Shown here: positions 35,153-43,876 of the stretch, in pieces
How the letters are laid out: every line of letters starts with the position of its first letter
Numbering within the stretch: position 1 is the stretch's first letter
Virus record (IMG/VR): IMGVR_UViG_3300024998_000004
Location: 1 to 46,553 of that record
Length of the DNA: 46,553 nucleotides
Direction: 5' to 3' (one strand)
Source of the DNA: a virus
Taxonomy: Duplodnaviria; Caudoviricetes
Notes under the pieces: model-generated
Databases searched by the model: none
What the model was told of the DNA's origin: nothing
What the model saw: only the letters and a program-made list of their open reading frames with translations
Translations under genes and position numbers: made by a program

Positions 35153-35539
35153 TTACTGATGGCGTTGCGCAACATACTCTCTCTGCTCCTGGATGATGGC
35201 TTTGCACTGCGCCTCAGGCTCCGTAGGGACGGGAGGCAGCGCTTTGATACTCGCTACTGCTGCCTTATGCTTCGCAACCAGCACTTCAGCGTCACGCATG
35301 GCTGCCGAAGCAGCCTTCTCCCGTTCTTCCACGCCCTTGGTAATCAAGCCGACAGCGGACTTCACGCCCTCGATGTCGGTAGCGCACCGGTCATTCGCTG
35401 ATTTCAGAGCTTCATTGCTGGACTCCAGGCGAGATATCTCCGCTCCATCCTTCCAGTCCTTCACGGCCCATCCGCTGCCGGCGCCAACCACAAAGATGAC
35501 GATGGCTATCAAAACCTGAAGTGCAGCACCAGCGAACAT
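35153..35539 (-). CDS. i-spanin (Rz-like)
   Basis: N-terminal TM ending GWAVKDW, coiled coil with Cys, adjacent to lipoprotein gene. Confidence 0.72.
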   Translation of the reverse strand: MFAGAALQVLIAIVIFVVGAGSGWAVKDWKDGAEISRLESSNEALKSANDRCATDIEGVKSAVGLITKGVEEREKAASAAMRDAEVLVAKHKAAVASIKALPPVPTEPEAQCKAIIQEQREYVAQRHQ

Positions 35540-35553
35540 TTACGAACATCCAT

Positions 35554-35577
35554 AAAAAAGCCTGCTCAATGGCGGGT
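35554..35577 (-). terminator. Rho-independent terminator in late leader
   Basis: ACCCGC-N6-GCAGGC + T6. Confidence 0.65.
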
Positions 35578-35687
35578 ATCGAATAAAGTCCGAAAGGACC
35601 TGGAATTTGATACTAGTTCTTCTATACTAAAACTTTCCCGTCTCACCCAAATTACATACCTTTCCGACCCTTTTGGAAGTATTCGTC

Positions 35688-35924
35688 ATGGGCCAATTAG
35701 TACCCTATATCCGCAATCCGGATGGTTCTCTCATCCGCGTGGCGGATGGTATCTACCAGTCCTCAAGCAAGCAGCTAGACCCATACCTATTCGAGCAGAG
35801 GCTGATAGGCTGGCCTGAATCCAGGGTTTTTTGGGAAAAACCGTTTGGCCCCAGTGTGGGAGTAGCTTCTTCAACTGAGGATCTGGGGTCGCTGAGCAAT
35901 ACCGCTACATCAGGCGGCCAATAA
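35688..35924 (+). CDS. Hypothetical protein, antisense moron
   Basis: 78-aa ORF from ATG 35688, opposite to late operon, AT-rich upstream region. Confidence 0.5.
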   Translation: MGQLVPYIRNPDGSLIRVADGIYQSSSKQLDPYLFEQRLIGWPESRVFWEKPFGPSVGVASSTEDLGSLSNTATSGGQ

Positions 35925-35983
35925 AAAACCCAGCCGGTTAGGGACTGGGTTGGAATAAAAAACCCACTGGGTTAGCGGGTTTT
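35923..35983 (-). terminator. Tandem terminator-like hairpins (tR'-like)
   Basis: AACCCAG...CTGGGTT and AAAACCCGCT...AGTGGGTTTT stems, each followed by T-run on minus strand. Confidence 0.68.
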
Positions 35984-36014
35984 CGGGTTTTACCGTGAGA
36001 ATTTCTCACTCTAT

Positions 36015-36049
36015 AGAATACTTCTATCAGCGCTTCCCGAAAAAAGCAA
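36015..36049 (-). promoter_or_regulatory. Candidate late promoter (pR'-like)
   Basis: TTGCTT-N17-TAGAAG immediately followed by TATTCT; lies downstream of Q-like gene and upstream of tandem terminators. Confidence 0.35.
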
Positions 36050-36176
36050 GCTGATTTTCTGCTTTTTCATCCCACATTCTGAACAAAACCTTTTTAACTT
36101 TTAATGGGCTAGATTGAGTACAGCGGTAAAGCATTTTTATTGATAACGATAAACAATATTTGCAAGGAGAAGAGAA

Positions 36177-36779
36177 ATGTTCAAGAAATTAAAAGAAAAG
36201 ATGGATGAATTAAAAGAATTGTTCGGGGAAAATGCAATGTCTGTAATCATGACGGACCTTGCTGCCATAATAACTGGTTTAATAATCATAACCTTATGCT
36301 TTTTTTTGGGTGATAATCTAGAGGATTACTTCTACAATGTTCTTATAACGATACTAGGTATGTTATTGGGATGGGCGCTGGGTATGTTCTTTGCTCCCTA
36401 TGACAAAACGGAAACAGACAAATTTACTGCTATTGGTCAATCGATTTCGGCCTTCGTGTCGGGGTATGTTGTGAGCAAATTAGATCGCTTTCTGGAAGCA
36501 ACGATGTTTGTTGACAAGCTCCCATCAGAAGCCACATGGACTCGTTTAGGTTTGTTTTGCAGTTCTCTTGTCCTAACCGTGCTTACTGTGTTTTCTAATA
36601 GAAAATATTTTAGCGCTGGAGGGTCTGGAGATGCTGGGGGAGGTGGGGGTGGTCCCTCCGGCGCAGCCTCGCCTTCGGGCTCTGCTACAACCTCAACCCC
36701 TACAACCTCAACCCCTACAACTTCAACCCCTACAACTTCAACCCCTACAACTCCTACCCCTACCACTCCTACCCCTTGA
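36177..36779 (+). CDS. AT-rich multi-pass membrane protein with Gly/Thr/Pro low-complexity tail (moron)
   Basis: AAGGAAGAG RBS; about 4 hydrophobic segments; (TTSTP)n tail. Confidence 0.78.
   Translation: MFKKLKEKMDELKELFGENAMSVIMTDLAAIITGLIIITLCFFLGDNLEDYFYNVLITILGMLLGWALGMFFAPYDKTETDKFTAIGQSISAFVSGYVVSKLDRFLEATMFVDKLPSEATWTRLGLFCSSLVLTVLTVFSNRKYFSAGGSGDAGGGGGGPSGAASPSGSATTSTPTTSTPTTSTPTTSTPTTPTPTTPTP
36685..36776 (+). repeat. Six 15-bp tandem repeats (CTACAACYTCAACCC and variants)
   Basis: Read directly; last two copies diverged (CTCCT/ACCAC). Confidence 0.92.
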
Positions 36780-36815
36780 CAGGTAAACTCCCCCCAGTCC
36801 AGCGCTGACTTTCAA

Positions 36816-36839
36816 GCGCTCAGCGTATTAGCTGAGCGC
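36816..36839. terminator. GC-rich hairpin between convergent genes
   Basis: GCGCTCAGC-GTATTA-GCTGAGCGC; no clear U-tract. Confidence 0.45.
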
Positions 36840-36858
36840 CACCTGGATTAGATTAACG

Positions 36859-37389
36859 TCATGCGTAAATACGCTGGCACAAAATCAGCCCATGCCCTTC
36901 AAGCTCTCCCTGAATCTCCACCATTGCCCGATCTCCTACCGCATCCAGCACGTCGTAAACCGTGCGGCGGATTTCGATTACCTTCGCATCCCGGCACTTT
37001 AAGTCGTACCGGATAGCCCGGTATCCGATGTTCACCCCGAAGTAGCACAGCAGCAGTTTGTACGCCCCGCGGCGGCCGTGTATGCCGGTACCCAGGCTGC
37101 AAAATATCCGGTTCATCAGTATCGTGACATGCTCTGCACCCGTCATCCCGCCGAAGCGCGCAGCGATATATTCCCGGCAGGCCGGATCTGGCAACCGCTC
37201 AGCAATACCGATGATCGCAGCCGCCTGGGCGTGCTGCTCGTGCACTGACAGCCCCTGTATCGCTTCAGGAGGCATCCTGCGCCCATGCTCTTCCCGCATG
37301 CGGTTCGCGCCGCTCAATTTCACAATTGGCCGGTTGACGGTTTCGTATGCCCAGGCCAGGGCGCTATGGGCGCTGTGAAACATCAGCAT
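36859..37389 (-). CDS. Late-gene regulator (Q-antiterminator position)
   Basis: Last early gene before late leader; MFHSAHSALAWAY...GLS..EQHAQAA; C-terminal HTH-like region. Confidence 0.6.
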   Translation of the reverse strand: MLMFHSAHSALAWAYETVNRPIVKLSGANRMREEHGRRMPPEAIQGLSVHEQHAQAAAIIGIAERLPDPACREYIAARFGGMTGAEHVTILMNRIFCSLGTGIHGRRGAYKLLLCYFGVNIGYRAIRYDLKCRDAKVIEIRRTVYDVLDAVGDRAMVEIQGELEGHGLILCQRIYA

Positions 37390-37543
37390 CCTCCTTTCGC
37401 GGTTTTGATCTTTGATCGGACAATCTTTTCTTTTCGCACACCGGGCAGCGCTTGTGCGTACGCCGGCCGGATGAGCTGTATCGCCATTTCCAATCGCCAG
37501 TGTCCGGCCGCATTTGGCAACATCCAGGGCAGAATCTAAGCAC
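37364..37543 (-). CDS. Small Cys-rich zinc-finger ORF (59 aa)
   Basis: Manual translation VLRFCPGCCQ...HKRCPVCEK; fills gap with overlaps on both sides. Confidence 0.45.
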   Translation of the reverse strand: MLRFCPGCCQMRPDTGDWKWRYSSSGRRTHKRCPVCEKKRLSDQRSKPRKEDADVSQRP

Positions 37544-37757
37544 GGAACCCTCCCCTCTTCGCGATCTTCACAAGCGCCTTGAAATGAACGGACTTGCTTT
37601 GCCGGTAGAACCCATCTTTTTTGGCGCGTGCGCTCACCTTGGTTTTCAACTTGTGCGCCTCGGCCTTCTCGCGTCGTTCGGTTTCCGCCAGGAGGCCATC
37701 CCCTATCACCTCAGGATTCCGGTACTTCCAGCTTTCCATGGGAACAGGGAATTTCAT
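37536..37757 (-). CDS. Hypothetical basic protein
   Basis: 73 aa, ATGA overlap; YRNP motif. Confidence 0.55.
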   Translation of the reverse strand: MKFPVPMESWKYRNPEVIGDGLLAETERREKAEAHKLKTKVSARAKKDGFYRQSKSVHFKALVKIAKRGGFRA

Positions 37758-38026
37758 CTATCCTCCGAAATAGCGCGATTGGTCAACGCCAACAAACCGG
37801 TTTCATCCAGTTTCCACATGCGCTCGAATCCACGCCTATGAAGCCCATGCACGCCGGTCGCACCCTGGTGATGCTCAGGACATAAAGGAGAAACAGCAAA
37901 GTCATCAGCAGGCACGGTTACGTGATGCACACTTACCGGGCGCGTCTCAATCCCGAGTTTGTACATGCACACCACGCAGGGAAGCTGCGCAACTCGATCC
38001 ATGTGAGCTTTAGCTGCCTTGCTCAC
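37754..38026 (-). CDS. Ref-like / HNH-type recombination nuclease (nin region)
   Basis: VAQLPCVVC...VHH...PLCPEHHQG..GVH. Confidence 0.78.
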   Translation of the reverse strand: MSKAAKAHMDRVAQLPCVVCMYKLGIETRPVSVHHVTVPADDFAVSPLCPEHHQGATGVHGLHRRGFERMWKLDETGLLALTNRAISEDR

Positions 38027-38544
38027 TCGCCAAACCCTTCCAATATCGAGTCCATCATCTCGTATGCCTGATCCTTGCCGAGATGTTTCCAGAGGTACGG
38101 GGCGGCGTGCTCACCGCGCAGGAACTCGATTACCTGGGCGTGAAATTGCCGGAACTCCTCCTCGTCGGCTTTGGCGTATGAGATGCTTTTCGGCAGTGGC
38201 ACTATTCCGCCCTTGGCGCCCGGTACCCACACAACCCAGGCCGCTCCAATCTTTATCCAATCCCTGAACATCTCGAAGTCATTGAAGCGTTCTTGCGCAT
38301 CAAAAAGGGTTTGCTCGATCTTCATATGGCGCCGATGGAACGGACCTGAGCGCGGGAATACCATCTCCACCGCGGCCATTTCCCCGGGCTCCATGCGAGT
38401 AATCCGCTTCCAGAAATGCCGCCAGGCTTTACGGTCATCCTTGCTCGCGCCATCGACGGCACCGAACAGAAATGAGCGCACGGCTTCCAGCACACCTTCC
38501 TTCGGCATCTCCATATCAGTGCGGCAGATAGTCATCTTGGCCAT
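38023..38544 (-). CDS. DUF1367/NinB-like protein
   Basis: PRSGPFHRRH, FRDWIKIGA, PKSISYAKADEEEF. Confidence 0.72.
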   Translation of the reverse strand: MAKMTICRTDMEMPKEGVLEAVRSFLFGAVDGASKDDRKAWRHFWKRITRMEPGEMAAVEMVFPRSGPFHRRHMKIEQTLFDAQERFNDFEMFRDWIKIGAAWVVWVPGAKGGIVPLPKSISYAKADEEEFRQFHAQVIEFLRGEHAAPYLWKHLGKDQAYEMMDSILEGFGE

Positions 38545-38545
38545 G

Positions 38546-38746
38546 TCAGATTGACTCATCCAGAAACTTTCGAAGCTCATTTTTCGCCCGAATCATTCTC
38601 TCTCCGCGCTTTCCGTTGGGATGCATTACGATGTATGTAAGCCACTCGTATGCATCCTCAGCTGCCGCTTCCAGATTGAGGGGGTTACCTTCTTTATCCC
38701 ATTCAGGGGCTACCTTTTTGTTGGCGTCAACAATATGGTCGGTCAT
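38546..38746 (-). CDS. Hypothetical protein
   Basis: 66 aa with AAGGA RBS in operon context. Confidence 0.5.
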   Translation of the reverse strand: MTDHIVDANKKVAPEWDKEGNPLNLEAAAEDAYEWLTYIVMHPNGKRGERMIRAKNELRKFLDESI

Positions 38747-38915
38747 GGCTTATCCTTACCCACTTGACCTGATACCCCTGTGCCTTTGCCAGCTCTATAG
38801 CTTTTTTATCAGGCCATCCAAGTCCTATCCTCCACGCGTCATCGGCGTTTTTAAAAGCAGTGTCGGCCAGCACGTTCCCGTTAGGCCAGATCATTGCCCA
38901 TGCGCCTTTAATCAT
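38727..38915 (-). CDS. Hypothetical protein
   Basis: 62 aa, ATGA overlap with rusA. Confidence 0.5.
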   Translation of the reverse strand: MIKGAWAMIWPNGNVLADTAFKNADDAWRIGLGWPDKKAIELAKAQGYQVKWVRISHDRPYC

Positions 38916-39334
38916 GATTCCAACTCCTGCACATGAATCATCGCGCGCGCCTGCTCGGCGTAGCGCTTCCGCACCGTAAGATCGACCACCTGCTTATCAT
39001 CTTTCCAGACAATCTCATTACAGGCATCCAGAGTCAGTTTCGCGGAATTGTCGAGGTCCGGTTTGGATGTAGGGAAGATTCCGCCGTTGAGCGCGTTGCG
39101 CTGCTTCTTCTGCGACCAACTGGCAGGAGGCGTCACATACAGGCCGATCCATACCGATACAGCTCCATCTATCACCGCCCTGCCCTGCATGGCTTCAGCA
39201 GCTACCAACTTCACCAAGTTTTCGTAACTGGCAGTTTTTTCCGGAGTGTATGTAGCGACAAAATTGCCGCGGCGCGCGAAACGAGGGCGACCTTTCCCAA
39301 TAGGAACCCCAGGAATCGTGAATTGGATATTCAT
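38912..39334 (-). CDS. rusA: Holliday junction resolvase RusA
   Basis: PIGKGRPRF, KPDLDN.AK..LDA.N...WKDDKQVV. Confidence 0.95.
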   Translation of the reverse strand: MNIQFTIPGVPIGKGRPRFARRGNFVATYTPEKTASYENLVKLVAAEAMQGRAVIDGAVSVWIGLYVTPPASWSQKKQRNALNGGIFPTSKPDLDNSAKLTLDACNEIVWKDDKQVVDLTVRKRYAEQARAMIHVQELES

Positions 39335-40188
39335 GCCACCACCCCCGGGCTCACGAACTTCACCAGCAACTCTGTCTGCTCCTGGTCCAACTCAATCGGA
39401 TCGGAACTCAACCCGAATAGCATCAACGTGCCATCCGACGTGCGCGCCAGGCGGAAACGGGATTTGGTCGGCAACCGATTGGTAATGACCTTTTCAACGA
39501 TGTCATTAACATGGTGAGTTACCGCATTGAAGGTGATCGGCAAAACACTTTCTATCTCATCGGAAACCGTGTCATTCGTGGATTTCAACCCGTTCGGCTT
39601 CCCGGTTTTAATTCCCTCGAATTCGGGGGAATTAACCACTCCATTCCTGCGCCCATCAGCAAGGAGCATTTCAGGCGTAACACCCGGCGCGAGCGCATAA
39701 GTTTTATTCGCAACACCACCAGTAATTACGATGAGTCCGCGATCAACGTGATTCCTGATGAACGGCTTGATCGTGTTGGCCCCGGAAATGCGAATAAGGT
39801 CTTTCCCTGAAACACTTCCTCTCTCAGAGATGGTTTCAAGGATGATGCGGGACTTGCTTTTCTGCTCCATATGTCGAGTCTCCGGTTCTTTGGTGGTTGG
39901 CGCATTCAACCCTGGCGATATGTTGTCCGTGCGCAGCGGCGCCGGCGGGCTGATAGAGAACTGCTTGAAACTCACCTTCTCCGGCACGCCGGTGGGCCAC
40001 ACCATGATTTGAGTTACACCATGCTTTGAAACGATGCATTTGTTTATGCTGCGCGCGGCATACATTTCCTCGACAAGTTCGAGCAGCGGGCCCATGGCCA
40101 TGCAAGCCTTTTCCCTGAGAACGCGAAGTGGCATTGGGTTTTTGGAATCGGATCCAGAGAGCAGAGAAAGAATCTTGTCCGACGTCAT
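39331..40188 (-). CDS. Hypothetical protein with winged-helix-like segments
   Basis: Long ORF, probable start MTSDKIL after GGGGAGGGG; ATGA overlap with rusA. Confidence 0.6.
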   Translation of the reverse strand: MTSDKILSLLSGSDSKNPMPLRVLREKACMAMGPLLELVEEMYAARSINKCIVSKHGVTQIMVWPTGVPEKVSFKQFSISPPAPLRTDNISPGLNAPTTKEPETRHMEQKSKSRIILETISERGSVSGKDLIRISGANTIKPFIRNHVDRGLIVITGGVANKTYALAPGVTPEMLLADGRRNGVVNSPEFEGIKTGKPNGLKSTNDTVSDEIESVLPITFNAVTHHVNDIVEKVITNRLPTKSRFRLARTSDGTLMLFGLSSDPIELDQEQTELLVKFVSPGVVA

Positions 40189-40337
40189 CACCCCTCCCCT
40201 TTCTTCAATCGAAACATCGTGCACCTTATTCCCCATCTCTCGCCGAGATCACACCGCTTCGCGCCGCGTACCGAGAATTCATGGATACAGCCGGAGCAGG
40301 AAAGGATGGGGCGAGTGGTTACGAGGAAACGATTCAT
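40188..40337 (-). CDS. Small Cys-rich protein
   Basis: MNRFLV...CSGC...RC...RC; ATGA overlap. Confidence 0.45.
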   Translation of the reverse strand: MNRFLVTTRPILSCSGCIHEFSVRGAKRCDLGERWGIRCTMFRLKKGEG

Positions 40338-40579
40338 TCCGCATCCCCATCCCAGTCGAACGCACGTCGCCCGGCCTTGTCGAGCAAGGCATGCCATTCA
40401 CGTTTCTGCAATGGAAACTCACCGGTGGTGGCTGACTCAATATTGCTCGTTGCGACATCAATTGCTTCAGCGGCCTCCTCTGAATTCCACCCAGCAATAT
40501 CCAGCACCTTCCTGACCGTTTCTGGCGTCTGCTTCATCTCTAGGGAAAACATGCAGGGATGACCTGAGGTGTAGCCCAT
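40334..40579 (-). CDS. Small HTH-like hypothetical protein
   Basis: TPETVRKVL..AGW..EEAAEAI pattern. Confidence 0.5.
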   Translation of the reverse strand: MGYTSGHPCMFSLEMKQTPETVRKVLDIAGWNSEEAAEAIDVATSNIESATTGEFPLQKREWHALLDKAGRRAFDWDGDAE

Positions 40580-41292
40580 TACTCGGCCGCCTCTTCAGTT
40601 TGAGAAATGGCTTTTAGGGCGAGCATGCTTTTTAGTGCTGCGATATGCTTGAGCCCTTTTGCGGCATCTAGAGGCTTTTGCTCTTCCAGTTGCTGCTGCC
40701 TGTGCTCTAGCAAGAATGGGTGATTTACGTTCCCTGTGAGCTGAAGCAGTTGTGCCTTACTGTCGGGAGAAAGCAGGCAAAGAGAGTGATCAAGGCTCAG
40801 CTTGCCTGTACGCACCGCTTCGGCTATTGGATGAGGCCGCCCTTCCTTATCGTGGCCCAGAGAAACAAACCACTTCGGCTGAATCTTCTTTTCCCTGGCA
40901 TCAGCAACAATGCGCGCATATGCATCTTTGAACGCCATCCTGGCGCCCACCTTATCGCCATCGTTCAGTAGAGGTCTCGCTACCTGCATTGCCTCGCCCA
41001 TTTGCTCGGTAATTACAACCGTATCGCTTTCCGGCCTGCTCATGAGCGCCCAGGCCTCATCTGCTCCCGGCATGCCATCCGCTGCTTGAACCCTTTCAAT
41101 AATCGCAGCGAGGGTCAACCGTCCGCTTAATTCGCGCCGGCACCGTTTGATAGCTGCCAGCACATCGGGTAATTGATACTCGGACAAATCCTCGGCCATC
41201 AGCATCAAAGCGGCGGGCTGTAACTGCGTTCCCATAACTTCAGCTGTCGCGCCCAGGTTTGTGAGAAGGATTTCCATTTCAGACTGTTGCAT
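40579..41292 (-). CDS. Replication accessory (P/loader-position) protein
   Basis: Follows initiator; LTLAAII.R....DG.PGADEAW, ARMAFKDAY.R, W.VSLG.D motifs. Confidence 0.68.
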   Translation of the reverse strand: MQQSEMEILLTNLGATAEVMGTQLQPAALMLMAEDLSEYQLPDVLAAIKRCRRELSGRLTLAAIIERVQAADGMPGADEAWALMSRPESDTVVITEQMGEAMQVARPLLNDGDKVGARMAFKDAYARIVADAREKKIQPKWFVSLGHDKEGRPHPIAEAVRTGKLSLDHSLCLLSPDSKAQLLQLTGNVNHPFLLEHRQQQLEEQKPLDAAKGLKHIAALKSMLALKAISQTEEAAE

Positions 41293-42190
41293 GCTGCTTC
41301 CTTTTCATCATTTCGATTGCCTGGTTCACTGAATCGAAGTTGCTTGCCGTGCGGTCAAGCTGATTTGCTCGGGTGGCTGTCATAGCTCTGCCCGTAGCCC
41401 ATTGAGTTCGTAAGCCCTCGGCGTCTTTCAGCAACAGGAAGACCGGATGTGTTTTTTGAACGTAAAACTTGTCGTTGTGAGAAACGAAGAAGGCAGCGAC
41501 ATGCGGCGCTTCCTCGTATGGAAGTTTCTGGACGAAGCTTTTAATCGACGAATTTACGGCGGCATTGCGGACTGGTTCTACTCCGTATCGGGAGAAATAA
41601 GCATCGCAGTAGCTTTTCCATGTAGCTCTGCAAGCTGCCTGCAATTCGGTTTCAGCAGAAGCTGCAACCTCGCCGGATTTATCCGGCAGAGAAATATCTG
41701 TTAATTGGTTTGTTCCCTTGTCTGTTGCTTTTATGCGTGTAGTCGATTGGGCTACGGTAGATGTAGCCGGCTGGGCTACACTTGGAGCAGCCTGTTCGGC
41801 TACGGTAGTCGATTGGACTACGGTAGCCTGTTCGGCTACTCTTTTTGTTTTTCTTGCTTCGCTTCTTTCTTTGTAAACGATAGCCAGGTCGGCTACTGTT
41901 TCTGGAATGACAATCGTATAGTTTGTAGCTTTACCGTAACCGCCCGCCCCTTCCTTTTTAAGCCACCCAAGCTCAACAAGTTTGGTTGTTGCTGCGCTAA
42001 TGTTTGACGGATGCATTCCGCAGCGTTCTGAAAGGGCTTCCCGATGAGGAAAAATAAGGCCAGTTGTTTTGTTGCGGAACGAGAAAAGCGTTACCAAAAC
42101 ACGCATGGTTTCCAGAGTGAGGCGGTTGTCCATCATTACCTCGACCGGGACTATCGCAAATGGATGCGCCTGCTCTGTAGCGTGCTTCAT
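41279..42190 (-). CDS. Replication initiator (O-like, N-terminal HTH)
   Basis: IFPHREALSERCGM...ISAATTKLVELGWL HTH; internal iterons; C-terminal YGVEPVRNA. Confidence 0.85.
   Translation of the reverse strand: MKHATEQAHPFAIVPVEVMMDNRLTLETMRVLVTLFSFRNKTTGLIFPHREALSERCGMHPSNISAATTKLVELGWLKKEGAGGYGKATNYTIVIPETVADLAIVYKERSEARKTKRVAEQATVVQSTTVAEQAAPSVAQPATSTVAQSTTRIKATDKGTNQLTDISLPDKSGEVAASAETELQAACRATWKSYCDAYFSRYGVEPVRNAAVNSSIKSFVQKLPYEEAPHVAAFFVSHNDKFYVQKTHPVFLLLKDAEGLRTQWATGRAMTATRANQLDRTASNFDSVNQAIEMMKRKQHATV
41739..41896. repeat. Replication-origin iterons: six 17-bp palindromes GTAGYC-N5-GRCTAC
   Basis: Copies at 41739, 41763, 41787, 41805, 41823, 41880 inside initiator gene; AT-rich tract adjacent (~41695-41735). 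Confidence 0.85.
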
Positions 42191-43863
42191 GCTATGGCCT
42201 CTTCTTGCTCGAGGCGAGTTTTGTTTTTGGTAGGATGTTTGGCTACAGATAAAATCACCACCGACACTCCCGTCCCAGCGAACTCGCCTGAATAAACGCC
42301 GGACCAGGAAAGATCGCACCCGGGTAATGAAACTTGGTTTTTGGCTGAGGCCGGCAGCACAGCCACAAGTCGACCGCCGCGTTCCAGAAGCCCATAAGCA
42401 GATTCAAGGTGTGCTTGCCAGCGCCCCTCAGAAAAAGGAGGGTTCATGACGACCCGGGTAAACGAGCACGCATGCTTTCGTTCTTCCGCCCACTTCAGAA
42501 AATCTGCCTGCTCAACGTCAAAGCCTTTGAACTCAAGAATCTTGCAATGTAGGGCAGACAGTTCTATGCAAGTGGTACGGGCTACTGGAAGAAAATCTGC
42601 TAATCCACCCTGCCCTGCGCTGGGCTCAAGTATCGAATCTGAGGGCCCAATATCAGCCAACTCGATAGCCTCTCGCGCTATCGACTCCGGTGTGGGGTAA
42701 TACTGGTGCGATTTTTGATCCGGTATGCAACCTGAGTTGATGATTTCAGCGACGACATACTTCGCGTAATAACCGAACTCGATGTCACCTGATCGATTAA
42801 GAACTCCGCCGACGGAAATCAAGACGCGAAGCGCTTCCTGGTATGCCGCACAATTGCGGTCTTTCACATAGCCGAAAGAAAATGTATTTTGATTGCCGCG
42901 AGAAAACCCGCCATTGGATATAAATTCGAGTACCGCAAACGGCAGAGGACGCACCATTACAGTGAATGCCTTGATCTTTTTTTTAGGCTTGGTACGGAAC
43001 TCTGACGGGATCGCATGTGGGTATAGACTGGCAAGCACTGAATTCAGTCTCCATGCCATCTCGGGATGAACTTCAAGATGCGCCGTGCCCTTCTTGTAGA
43101 GCCGAATACGCAGCGCCCCGCCATCAACCGTATGCCATTCACCGGTATTGGATTTCAATGTATCAATGAGCCGTGACGAGGCGTAATGCTTCGGCATATC
43201 CCGCCCCATGAACTTTGCTATCACGCAGCGCAAATCATTGATGTACCCGTTCTTGTCGCCGTAGTAACTGGTCATGTAGCTGATGATCATCCGCTTACCG
43301 AACGCTGCGGGAGAGTTGGTTACATGCAGTCCAGAGAGGTTACGGAAGATGCCGTCGACACGCTCAGCCAGAAACTTGGATCGCATCGAAAGCAATGATT
43401 CGATGGTGGGTCTCACCGCTTCTTCGGTGAAGTCAACGCACTTCATTTCACGAATTTGATTGTTCCATTCGTCCCGGCGCGCTTGCGGCATGCAGTCGTA
43501 AACATCCGTCATATCGAGCGTGCGGGACCAGAAATCTGAATTCAAAGCCGCATAAGCGGTCTTCTTCTCAAAAAGCTTTTGCACCGATGGCGAGTACCGA
43601 GAATCCTCCCGGCATCCATCAATGAAATACCGCATACAGCCGCCAAGATCCCCAGCCACTATTCCCGCTATCTGATCGATGTAACCGCGGCGAAGTTTGT
43701 AATCGGCAAGCAGGTTGTCCAGTAAATCTGATGATGCCGGCGCAAAGAATTCTTCTTGTTCGAACCCGATGTAATCCTGGTTCTCTGTAGGGGCACTGAT
43801 CCGGCTATGCTCAGGGGATGAGCACTCAGCGCTGCGGTGTGAGGGTGCTGCCATGAGGTTCAT
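42187..43863 (-). CDS. DUF4942-type SAM-dependent (N6-adenine) DNA methyltransferase
   Basis: QYYPTP, ILEPSAGQG (motif I), VMNPPF (motif IV); N-terminal RLYKKGTAHLEVHP. Confidence 0.88.
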   Translation of the reverse strand: MNLMAAPSHRSAECSSPEHSRISAPTENQDYIGFEQEEFFAPASSDLLDNLLADYKLRRGYIDQIAGIVAGDLGGCMRYFIDGCREDSRYSPSVQKLFEKKTAYAALNSDFWSRTLDMTDVYDCMPQARRDEWNNQIREMKCVDFTEEAVRPTIESLLSMRSKFLAERVDGIFRNLSGLHVTNSPAAFGKRMIISYMTSYYGDKNGYINDLRCVIAKFMGRDMPKHYASSRLIDTLKSNTGEWHTVDGGALRIRLYKKGTAHLEVHPEMAWRLNSVLASLYPHAIPSEFRTKPKKKIKAFTVMVRPLPFAVLEFISNGGFSRGNQNTFSFGYVKDRNCAAYQEALRVLISVGGVLNRSGDIEFGYYAKYVVAEIINSGCIPDQKSHQYYPTPESIAREAIELADIGPSDSILEPSAGQGGLADFLPVARTTCIELSALHCKILEFKGFDVEQADFLKWAEERKHACSFTRVVMNPPFSEGRWQAHLESAYGLLERGGRLVAVLPASAKNQVSLPGCDLSWSGVYSGEFAGTGVSVVILSVAKHPTKNKTRLEQEEAIA

Positions 43864-43876
43864 TACGCGCCGCCTT

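Noticed and set aside
36685-36776. CRISPR array
   Set aside because: Head-to-tail 15-bp coding repeats with no unique spacers
41739-41896. CRISPR array or transposon ends
   Set aside because: Short palindromes with 1-7 bp gaps inside the initiator gene; better explained as iterons
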